A stretch of 64,000 nucleotides of DNA from Mobula hypostoma (taxonomy: Eukaryota): NCBI RefSeq assembly GCF_963921235.1, contig NC_086108.1:32490001-32554000 (forward strand), written 5' to 3'. The notes beneath the pieces were generated by a model. The model searched no databases and had not been told where the DNA came from. It saw nothing but the letters and a program-made list of their open reading frames with translations. A program made the translations under genes and the position numbers. This document shows positions 50,905 to 64,000 of this stretch, piece by piece (the first letter of the stretch is position 1; each line of letters opens with the position of its first letter).

Positions 50905-52610
50905 TCAACACTTCTACAGATTGTTGGGTATGATATTATGGCCGTCACTGAATCGTGGTTGAAGCATGGTTGTAGTTGGAAGCTGAATGTCCAAGGTTAC
51001 ACATTGTATTGGAGGGTTAGGAAGATCAGCAGAGGAGTGGCATGGCTCTAATGGTAAAGAATGGCGTCAAATCAGTAGAAAGATGTGACATAGGATCGGA
51101 AGATGCTGAATCCTTGTGGGTTGAGTTCAGAAATTGCAAGTGTAAAAGGACCCTGATGGCAGCTGTATAAAGGCCTCCCAACAGTAGCTGGGATGTGGAC
51201 CACAGAATACAACAGGAATTAAGAAAAGGCATGTCAAAAGGGCAAGGTTATGATAGTCATGGGAGATTTCAACATACAGGTTGATTGGGAAAATCCGGTT
51301 GGAAATCGATCCCAAGAGAAAGTTTGTTGAATGTCTACAAGATGGCTTTTTAGAGCAGTTTGCCATTGAGCCTACTAGAATATCAGCTATACTCAATTGG
51401 GTGTTATGTAATGAATCGGAGGTGATTAGGGAGCTTAAGGTAAAAGAACCCTTAGGAGACAGTGATCATGATATGATTGAGCTCAACTTGAAATTTGATA
51501 GGGAGAAAGTAAAATCTGATATAGCAGTATTTCAGTGGAGTAAAAGAAATTACAGTGATATGAAAGAGGAGTTGGCCAAAGTAAATTGGAAGGAGATGCT
51601 AGCAGGGATGACATCAGAGCAGCAATGGTATGAGTTTCTAAGAAAAAGAGGAAGGTGCAGGATAGATGTATTCCAAAAATAAAGGAATACTCAAATGGCA
51701 AAATAGTAGAACCGTGGCTGACAAGGAAAGTCAAAGCTAATGAAAAAGCAAGAGTGCATACAACAAAACAAAAATGAATAGGAAGACAGGATTGAGAAGC
51801 TTTTAAAACCCTACAGACAGCAACGAAAAGAATCATTAGAGGAAAATGATGAAATATGAAAGCAAGTTAGCAAACAATATCATAGTGGATACAGGACCAC
51901 TAGAAAATGAGGCCAGAGCAACAATAACAGGGGACAAGGAGATGGCAGATGAACTGAGTATCTTGCATCAGTCTTCACTGTGGAAGACACTAGTAGTGTG
52001 TCAGACCTTGAAGGGTGTGAGGGAAGAGAAGTGATTACAGTTACAACTGCAAGGGAGAAGGTGCTTAAAAAGCTAAAAGACCGAAGGGCACATAAATCAC
52101 CTGAGCTGGATGAATTCTGAAAGAGGTAGCCTTTGAGATTGTGGAGGCATTAATAATGTTCCTTCAAAAATAACTGCATGGTGCCGGGGGCTGCAAAATT
52201 GCAAATGTCACTCCACTCTTTAAGGGGGAAGGCAGCAGAAAGGAATTTATAGGTCAGTTAGCCTGTTGGAGATGTTGGAGTCAATTGTTGAGGATGAGGT
52301 TATGGAGTACTTGGTGACACAGGACGTGATAGGACAAAGTCAGCATGGTTTCCTTAAGGGAAAATTTCTTCAGCCAGCGGGTGGCAAATTTGTGGAATTT
52401 ATTACCACAAACAGCTATAGAGGCCAGGTCGTTGGGTGTATTTAAGGAAGAGCTTGATAGGTTCTTGACTGAACACAGCATCAAAGGTTACGGGAAGAAG
52501 GTCAGGAAGTGGGGCTGAGGAGGGGAAAGAAGGATCAGCTATGACTAAATGGTGGAGCAGACTTGATGGGCCAAATGGCCTAATTCTGCTCCCATGTCTT
52601 ATGGTCTTAT
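50905..52610 (+). mobile_element. CR1 LINE remnant: APE endonuclease region joined by deletion to the 3' end
   Basis: YDIMAVTESW, IVMGDFN, EPLGDSDHDMI, QHGFLKG followed directly by NFFSQRVANLWNLLP; tail CTCCCATGTCTTATGGTCTTAT. Confidence 0.85.
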
Positions 52611-52858
52611 ATTAAATTATTGTTTTTCCAGGTAGAATAAGAATAGAGGTGGTCAAAGCTCAGTGCTGACTTTTAGGGCTTATTAAAATTTCAAATTTTG
52701 GTCAAACTAGGAGATGTGGCAAACATGAACAATAATCATTCACCTGTGGATGAACATAAGCAAACTACTGAAATGTATATTGAGAGCAACAAGACAAAGA
52801 TGACTTGGATATGCTCAGCATCTTTTCACTAGATATGAATGCTAATTAATTCCATCAC

Positions 52859-53013
52859 CTGTACAACTTGCTCCTCTTTTTTTCTACGTTCTTCATCCTG
52901 TAAACGTTTTTGTTGTTTCTTTGACACAACCTCAGTAAATCCATCATCAATAGTGTTACATTGGGAATCTTCAATTGTTGTCACTTCTGGATGATCATCA
53001 ATGATCACCACAC
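52859..53013 (-). CDS. PRRC2C: PRRC2C exon, 155 nt
   Basis: VVIIDDHPEVTTIED...DDGFTEVVSKKQQKRLQDEERRKKEEQVVQ; phase 1-0. Confidence 0.95.
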
Positions 53014-53456
53014 CTACAAAGACAAGATCAATCATTAACATTAACCATTTTGATTTGTATTTACAATAACAAACATTATTCTCCAAAATTTAGCAAAATG
53101 TTTTCGCTCATGAGCATTCATGGACAAGAACTTGTTATACTACTGACAAGAAAAATATGGTGAACAAATATACGTTTTACATTGGATCTGGAAACTAGAT
53201 GTTGGTGAAAACTAGAAGTTCATCAACTACACCATGAAGTAATAATGTCACATGCAGGAAAAGTCAAGTAATGTGATGCCTGTCCTTCAATTCATCTGAA
53301 TCCAGCCACTGAAACAGGTGCCCAAGGACAACCATCTCTAAGATGTTTCTTCCCTACAGAGAAATCGCTGGCCTTAAAGTGACCTCTTCAATGCTGGGAC
53401 AAGTGAATATGAAAATTTAGCAGAGCTCAAACCACAAATCCGTAGTATAACATCTA

Positions 53457-55258
53457 CACCCTGTCCTTGTTATATGCGTCTTCAGACAATGCAGATTCAC
53501 AGTTATGCGAGGAACCTATTTCTACCAACTTCTCGTTATATGCGTCCAAAACTCAGTCATGCGAGCAGCACTGCTTTCCCGCCAATACAAGTCACATGCG
53601 CACGTCTCACAGTCTCACTGTTGGGACGAGAAGCACTGCTTTCCCACCAATACAGGTCACGTGCGCACGCCTCACAATCTCACTCCTGCCAGTCTCCCAT
53701 TGATTTTGGCAACGTATGGATGTGCGATCTTGCACTCTTAAACTTCTGTGTTTTTACCCATGGTGCAGTGATTTTGTGCTTGAAATATTTAACTATGCCT
53801 CCTAAGCGTCCGATGTCAAGTCCTGGGCCACCACCAAGCGGCAGAGAACAGCTTTAACACTTGGGAAAAAAGTTGGAAATTATAAACAGGGCGGCGTCAG
53901 GTAAAGGTAACAGCTCTGGGACGCTGCCTTGTGCAGCTGCGGGCTATGATAGCTGAGTTAGGCATCACACCAAAGCAGGTGTTTAATGCAGACGAGACCG
54001 GGCTTTTTTGGAAGTGTATGCTGAAACGCACTTACATAAGGATAAAAAAACTGCATCAGGTTTCAAGGCAGCAAAGTATAGATCGACTTTGTTTATGTGT
54101 TCCAATGCCGAAGGAGACTGTTGTAAGATGAAGCCTCTCTTAGTTTACCATTCACTAAACCCCCGTGCTCTTAAGGGTTTGAATAAGAATATGCTTCCTG
54201 TCCACTGGGCAGCTAACAAGAAAGCATGGGTCACTGGTCAAATCTTTGAAGATTGGTTTGTTAATCATTTTGCTGTTGAGGCTGAACGCTACTGCTGGGA
54301 ACAAAATCTTGCCTTTAAAGTTCTTCTGTTGTTCGACAATGTGCCAGCCCACCCTAAACATTTGGACAGCATTCATCCTAACATAACCGTGCGTTTCCTG
54401 CCGCCTAACACAACATCGCTGATTCAACCACTCGACCAAGGTGTGATATCCGCAATCAAGGCATTTTTTTTTACGGCAAACGATCTCTCAGATGCTGCAA
54501 GCAACAGACGATTTTGAAAATCCCGGTAGTTTACCAACGGAGAGGGAATGGTGAAAGTCCTTCAACATCAGACATGCCATCAACAACATTGATGAATCCT
54601 GGAAAGAGGTCAGGTCTTCCACTCTGAAGCAACTGGGCAGAATTTTTTAAGGCTGTGGAACACTTGGCACAAATGGCGATGGACATGGACCCAAGTTTAG
54701 AACGGAGTCAGCATTTCAGTCGTTCCCTGAAGTCAAGCCTTCTTCCCTACAAGCAAATTTATGCTGAAACACAAAATGCTGCCAAGCAAACAATCCTCAC
54801 CACTTTCTTCAAACCGGTGTCATCTCCTGCTGCCGGCAGTACTGAGAGTTTTGTGAGTCTTCCTTCACCCCTTACTGTTCTTGATGATCCTAATGACACA
54901 CAACCATCCACCTCATCCATGTAAAGTTGCCCGAAACCACCACAACCACTCATCTCCTGGAGCGAACACACTTGCCACTGTTGGTGATACTGTACATCCT
55001 AGTATGTTAACTTTCTATGATTTATTATGTTGAATATTACCTTAAATTGATGAACTATAATACGAATGTTGCCTTGTGGTACTGCTTTTGTGTCGTATTG
55101 GTATGAAAATGTGAATAAATTACAGATAAAACATCCTTAGGAAGCCCTTAAGAAAGCATCCCTATTTTCTCCATTTAAATAATTATTCACATTATGTGGT
55201 TTAACATTATGCGTCGACTTCGAGGAACGTATCCCCCCCATATAACAAGGACAGGGTG
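53457..55258 (+). mobile_element. Tigger/pogo-type DNA transposon, internally deleted
   Basis: Perfect 20-bp TIR CACCCTGTCCTTGTTATATG, TA TSD; DDE_1 motifs FNADETGLFW, LLLFDNVPAHP, FLPPNTTSLIQPLDQGVI; frameshifts. Confidence 0.92.
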
Positions 55259-56099
55259 TAGTTCTAATTTTACTTTGAAAGCAAAATACTACAGATCCTG
55301 GAAAAACAATAAAAACAGGAATACTGGAACTAGTTTATAGGGCATCTATAAAAATTAGTATGTTAATAAATTCAATACAATAAATTCAGCAATTTCAGAT
55401 AATCATCCATTCCAGCCTTGTACCTCACATTTCCAAGAGTTTCCCCAAGTTTTTATCTGGGACCATTACTACTTTGTTACTGATCACTCTTTTTGCACTT
55501 TTAAAAAACATTACCATTAAAAAACATTGCATATCTTTATTTAAAGGTATTAAAGATTTGCAAATGACTTGCAATTACCTCTAACAATTTCTAGCTCTGA
55601 TGAGCAGTGAGCTGAAACATTAACTGCTTCTCTCTCCATGGACATCTCCTGATATAGTGTCTTACCATTTAGTTACTGCTTTTAATTGGTTTTCCATTTA
55701 ATTACCAAAACAGGCAACCACTGCATTCCTAGAAAACAGCCTGTATCATGATTATCCATAACGTAAAGCCTGTCTTCTGTGCATAAGTCAAAGAAACGTC
55801 TTGGGAAAAAAAGTCTCCCTCCCAGCCCCCCACAAGTATAAGATTTTATTCTGCATTTCAAACCTTACAGCAGCGAGTTCTAAATTTTGCAAAGAAAAGT
55901 TACTGTTACTCTAACGGCCATAACATGGGTGTCACCTGCAAAGTCATTCTTGGAAGGAAATGAAAAACAACTTACAATACAAAACTGTCAAAGAAACATT
56001 TACAACAACAAAAAAAAATCATCCCCAAAACAAGTCAAAAACAGAGTCAAAACTGTGCACACAGAATTTATAGTACATTAGTAATGATGCAATACTCAC

Positions 56100-56305
56100 T
56101 AGCATAGTTATTCAAGTCAAATTGCGACAATGCATCAGGCTTTTCCTTTGTTTTTTTAGCCGATTTTGACTCTTCTCTTTTCTTCCCAGTAGCTTCTTTA
56201 GTAGACTTCAGAGAAGTGCCTGTGTTGCCATTTTCTGCTGGATGGTGAGCCACGTTACTGCTGGTGGGATCAATACCAATCATTGCTGTTCTCTCTTCTA
56301 AAGGC
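56100..56305 (-). CDS. PRRC2C: PRRC2C exon, 206 nt
   Basis: PLEERTAM...KEKPDALSQFDLNNYA(S); phase 2-1; |GTGAGT donor. Confidence 0.92.
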
Positions 56306-57382
56306 CTATATCACACAAACCATACAAACAAGAAACTAACCACAATCCCCCACAGACAAGACAGTCTATTATTTCCCTCGACCCGCTAAAACTGTAAAAA
56401 GAAAAACCAAAACGAAAAACATTAGGTATATTAATTATACTACTTACTGAAGCACCAACAGTCCCACAGCTGTTCCACCCATTATTACTCTGATCATTCA
56501 ACTTTAACTTACTAAATCCCAAAGCCCTACAAGACAGCTTTTAAGTGAATTAAGTTAATTTATGTATGTTTTATATTCTAAAAATTAGGTGACAAAGTTT
56601 TGCCTCAAAGAAATTGGAGTAATTTAGCAGTGATTTTAGTGATAAAAATACATGATTTCTGTAATTAGATGCTCAAATAGCTACATAATGTGTTTGCAGT
56701 GTATTACATGTAGCTTACTACAAGCAAGGTTGTGCATCTGCCACAAATTCACTTTTCAAATACTTCTCTGTATCTCTCCTTTAAAAGGATTGACCAAGAA
56801 TTGTCTCCTTCTAAGTGCCTCCTTGTTTGAAAGCAGAATATGTTGCTGCCCATATACAGTCCGGCAGCGAAAATGTATATCTGCATGCAGAACGTTTTTT
56901 TAAAAAGTAGTACAGTGTGGATACATCAGATTTGCTATCTTATAAAACCTCATTTTACTTGTGTAGTATTCCACAATTGCTGATGGTAAAAATGTAATGT
57001 GATGAAAATTGAGCATCGCCATGAGGGTGGAGTAAGAAATTGCTCAATCTCATTGAAAAACAATAAAAGTCACTCTGCAACCATACTTCCTTTTGGTACA
57101 GAGACTAGGCAAGGAAAATGTTAAACTGTTAAAAATATCCACTGATCAAAATTTAATATTTTTGGCAAGTTAACTTACACCACAACTGCCTTGAGAAACA
57201 TTACCAATTAATTTTTAACTTGTAATTATGTTCTAAGCATTTCAAACTGCCAGAATAACCCAGTCATCTTGGTATGTCACTGTTTAGTCTTAATTGACGG
57301 AAGATTATCAAAGAGTTAAACTGAAAATGTGGTGCCGAATAGTCCTGAAAAAATGCCCTCAAAGTACTGCCGGAAGAACTTA

Positions 57383-59659
<2,277 letters not shown>

Positions 59660-60072
59660 TCATCATGAAACTTGAAATACTTAACATAAAATTATGCATG
59701 ATTTCAATGAAAGTGACTTTTTTGTTCTTCTGATGGCTGTAGCCAGCAAGTGAGCTTGAAAATCACTGTCTACTTCAAAAAGGTAAGACTAATTTCTGGT
59801 TCTCACCTTCATCCAAATATCCATTCAATACATCCAGTAGATAATGCTAATAACAACTGAACAGAAATTCAAGTGAATTTTAATCACCTCCCTCCTCAGT
59901 ATGTTCTAGCCTGAGGAGGGTACTTTTGGGTTAAATTAAGGTACCTTCACTACCAGTAGATTTCCAACACATTTAGTACGCAAAATTGAAGCCCTATTTC
60001 CATAAACCACAGGTTTTTGAAATGAGAACTTCAGAACAACTTTTCTTTGAGATTCCTACTTCAAAAACTTGC

Positions 60073-60283
60073 CTTAAATCTTTACTTTCTTCCACGACTA
60101 CCGTAGGAGTGGTAGTTCGTTGTGGTTCAGTGTGAGGATAAGACTCTGACCCCCACACCGACTGAGGCTCAGCAGACTGAATGGTATGATCTCTGGTGGG
60201 ACGCGATGGATGGTCAAATGTTTCAGATCCTGATCCAGAACTGTCAATTTGATCTCTCCTCATTAGCTTCGTTGGTATCATAC
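60073..60283 (-). CDS. PRRC2C: PRRC2C exon, 211 nt, with GC donor
   Basis: GMIPTKLMRRDQIDSSGSGSETFDH...VEESKDL(R); donor AAG|GCAAGT gives the phase 2 required by the next exon. Confidence 0.85.
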
Positions 60284-61078
60284 CTGTAAGGAACAAGAGC
60301 TAAGTAACATTGCTACAACAAATTGATAGTGGCTGTGCTAAATATTAGTCACTAACAGTAAAATATCAGAGAAATGTTACTTTTATTACAAAAAAACAAA
60401 TAATTAGAATTCACCTCTGGACTTAAATGAGGAGCAAGTTGACGAGAATTAACGAAATCAATTGAAGGCAAATTGGAAGGCTATGCCAATAATAACAACA
60501 TTTAAAAAAGCTCTATGGTATCTTCAGATATCTTTCTATAGGTCCAGTACTAAAATTACGAAAAACAGGAAACAAAAAGGGAAAAAAAGCAGACACCAGA
60601 AATCCTGAAATAGAAGAACGTGCTTAAAATGTGGTTAGTCAATATCTGTGAAGAGGGGAAGAGGTAATGTTTCAGATCAATGACCCTTATTTTCAGCATT
60701 TCTTTTGTATTATATATGAAAAACATCTAATTTACAGAACAGCAACTGAATTCAAAATGCTTTCAATTTGTTCCACATACTACAAATGCATCAATTTGAA
60801 TCAATTATCTCAGATCGGTTTTTAAACTTTTGTTTTAAATATCCACAATTCACAGTTCCCCTCCTCCAATTATTAATTCATTACCCAACATTTCTTTGCT
60901 AGTCAGATATACAGCTCCTGTTAAATTAGCCAGCAATGAAGCCAATGGCACTTTACAGTGAACACTTCTGAAAACGTAATACCACTCTTGCCCATTAGCT
61001 TAAAAATAATCTGTTCTCCCGATATCATTCAATATAAAGATGCCTGAGGAACTGAGCTTAAAATTGATTCCTTCCAGT

Positions 61079-61959
61079 TGTGACGAGAATACACATAAAT
61101 TAAGATGTTTGCTGGCCTGGGCTAGCATCAGTGGCATCAGCAGTTGGTCTGCCACCTGTCCTCAGGGGAAGGAGAGATAAGGAACAATGAAGCAGCATCT
61201 GGAGATGTGTAATGAAGGGACGGGAGAGAGAGCTGTCTACAGCGGCTCCCCCTTTGAACCCTGAACTGTTTGAAGTGATGGACAGGCGATACCCCAGCAG
61301 GGGGATAAAAAGGGACAGGCTCGCTAAGGCAGGACACACACGACACCCGAGGTAACAAGACCCTGGAAGCGGTGCGCCTCTCACAAGTCGGTGGGAAGCT
61401 CTTGGACGGCTGATCGGGGGATCAGCCTTAAAAGCACAGGGTGGAAAGGTACGATCAGCGGAAACCCGGTGTGTGTCCACCCTCGCTTGGGTGCCGGGTT
61501 CACTGCAGAGGATCGACTGCATCTGGAGGAGGGGGTCACAGTCGGTGACCTCAGGTGACATCACAAAGGACCCGCCCGAAAGCTGCTTGTGAGCAATATC
61601 GCCAGTCTGTGAGTGGAAGCCGTTCTGAATGATCAGTCATTCTCGTTCTCTCTCTCCCTCCCCCCCCAACGTTGTCCATTGCCATGGCAACGATTACTGC
61701 AAACTGAACTAAATTGGACTGAACTTTGTGTCACTTTGAAATTGGTCATTTACCCCTAGACAACGATAGAGCTTGATTGATGCTGTTATCTTAATTCTGT
61801 GCACGTGTGTTTATCATTGCTGAACTGTTGCATTTATTATCCTTTCGATTACTGTGTTGCTTGTTTCTTTAATAAAACTTTCTTAGTTCTAGTAATCCAG
61901 ACTCCAACTGAGTGATCCATTTCTGCTGGTTTGGCAACCCAGTTACGGGGTACGTAACA
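61079..61959 (+). mobile_element. Solo LTR, 881 bp
   Basis: TGTGACG...CGTAACA termini, 4-bp TSD CAGT (61075-61078, 61960-61963), GATAAAAA TATA-like at ~61304, AATAAA at 61871. Confidence 0.88.
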
Positions 61960-62100
61960 CAGTCCACATGATCACTTTTCACCAAGGGTCATTAGTTAGC
62001 AAATCCGAAGACTTTTAATTTCACTTCTTTTAAATGCAGTTGCAAAGAAAATCATGGTTGCATAAAAACGTTATACAAATTTGAAACTTAAATTACTAAC

Positions 62101-62398
62101 CAGGGTGAATTTGTGTCATGTCCATTGGTGGCCTTCCTGATATAATACGTGGATCCAAATAGGGCTGCATCATAATCCACCGTGGATCAAATCCCATTGA
62201 AGCCAAGTGCTGATGATGAGGAGCTAAGGGTGTCTGATATATAGGCCTATGCTGTGGAGGTGGTGGCACAGAAGCACCAGAAGGCTGAGGCTTGGCTTGG
62301 GTTTGGGTCTGAGACGGGGTTGGTGTTTGGGATTGTGTTTGTTGATGGATGCCTGATGGCTGCTGCTGCCATTGGTGTTGCTGCTGCTTCATCTGCTC
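62101..62398 (-). CDS. PRRC2C: PRRC2C exon, 298 nt
   Basis: EQMKQQQHQWQQQ...HLASMGFDPRWIMMQPYLDPRIISGRPPMDMTQIHP; phase 0-1. Confidence 0.95.
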
Positions 62399-63142
62399 CT
62401 GAAAAGGAATCTTCCTTAAATTATTTGAGCTATGAACCTTACCAGTAAAGATGCATATAAAGCAGGAAAATGCTGGAGATGCACAACAAGCCAAGAAGCA
62501 ACTGTTGAAAGAGAAACAGCCAATGTTTCAGGTTCATCAAAACTGCGTGATTCAGATCAAATCTGGATCTGAAACCTTCCACAGCTGCTTTCTGTCCTAT
62601 TAAGTACTTCCAGCATTTTCTACTTCAAGTTCAGATTTCTTGTGTCTGTAGTTCAATTGATTTTTCAAAGACATTAATATTGCAGCTTTATTAAATGACA
62701 ATATCACATTATTTATTTGCAAATTAACAGGCATATCAAATATAGCAAGTTAACCAAAAAATAATGAGTTACTTGTTTTACATCAAACTCAGAAGTAGAC
62801 TGCTGACTGCAAATGTGCATTTTTCACTTCCTATAGGAACGATCTTTAAAATAGAATAAAATTGTCAATTTCATTACAAACCTACAGTTTATTGAATTGT
62901 GTTTAACACTGATATTAATTTATTAAATAAGCATTTGGAGATTGAGCAGATTCAAGAATTCAACTGCAAACTGTTACCCACAATAGCAGAAACAGTATAC
63001 TTAGACCAGGCAGCATCAGTTTGTAATAACTTCAAACTCAGATGAGATTTCTGTGGCTGATTAACTATTACAAAACCAAGTACTCACATCAATGCACATG
63101 GGCACATATCTTATATCGAAATACAACACCACCAGCCCCCAC

Positions 63143-63315
63143 CTGTTGTCGCTGAAATCGTGGCGGCAATGACTTCTGAAACTGCTTTGAGTAACCTGTG
63201 GGAGCAGCAGGCCGCGCCTGGGAAGCCAAATCAACATCCACATCATTTGGCATTTGTGTGATCTCTTTTTCATTGAGAGGACTGTCCAGCTGATCAATGG
63301 GTAGAGAAACACCAT
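63143..63315 (-). CDS. PRRC2C: PRRC2C exon, 173 nt; most 5' exon visible in the window
   Basis: ...RPAAPTGYSKQFQKSLPPRFQRQQ; phase 1-0. Confidence 0.93.
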
Positions 63316-63459
63316 CTGCCAATACAGAAATTCAAATTGTTTATTACTTTCTGCCTAGTAACCACATGAGCTACCCCTATGCTACTTCTTTGCCCCCGCC
63401 ACTACCCCACCCAACAAAACACTATTCATTAAAGGGGTGGGGGAGAAGAAAAAAAGATC

Positions 63460-64000
63460 ACAGTCCTATTTGCTTAACATCAGTTGTCAGGAAAATGTGA
63501 GATAATTGCTAAGTGATACCAATGCTTGTAGAAGCATAATGATTCAGCAGAGTCAACATAGATTTATTAAAGTCAAAGAATGTTGAACAAATTTGTTGAG
63601 TTTTGAAGATGGCACTACTAGGATAGTGAATGCAGTATATTTTGATTTCTTAAAAGCATTTGTGTAATAAAACATAACATAAAACATTATTGCACAAGTT
63701 GAAGACAATGGTGTTATAAGTAACATATTGGCATGTATAGAGGATCTGTTGACAGAAAAAGAGAATTAGATAAGACCACCATATTCATGGTGCCAAGCTC
63801 ACAGGTTAGGTACATAAGGAGTTTATGGCTTAGGTGAAAGGACTGAAAGCAATGTATCAATGGTTGATGATACAAAGGTAGCTGCCACGAGAGGCAGCAA
63901 CTACAAAATGAAAATATTATAATTCTGCTGAGTAAACAGATGGTAAGGATGTTTCTTTTAGTGGGGGAGTTAGGACCAGGGGTAACAGCCTCAGAGTAAA
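63460..64000 (+). mobile_element. Highly degraded CR1 RT fragment
   Basis: PICLTSVVRKM, SQHRFIK, VYFDFLKAF, DDTKV remnants. Confidence 0.6.

Overview
Eukaryotic vertebrate genomic DNA, most likely a cartilaginous fish (probably a ray; inferred from HE1/V-SINE-like, CR1, Rex/Babar and Penelope-derived repeats). It holds two convergent protein-coding genes. MYOC (myocilin) is complete on the + strand with 3 exons (7616-8051, 9313-9441, 11579-12363; 449 aa) and a TATA box at 7562. The 3' part of PRRC2C lies on the - strand as 23 frame-consistent coding exons from 63315 down to the stop at 15756 (about 2,100 aa); its 5' part is beyond the window end. The rest is introns and intergenic DNA rich in transposons: CR1, L1-clade, Rex/Babar and RTE-like LINE fragments, tRNA-derived SINEs, a decayed Gypsy element, a solo LTR, Tc1, Tigger/pogo and hAT-Charlie elements, several of them nested. 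I see no convincing new biological system. The best leads are a candidate 58-nt poison exon and a GC-AG intron in PRRC2C, a myocilin coiled coil apparently six heptads shorter than human, decayed minimal hammerhead ribozyme cores in Penelope-derived repeats, and a young L1 family. Gene and family names come from recalled motifs, not database searches; boundaries of degraded repeats are approximate.
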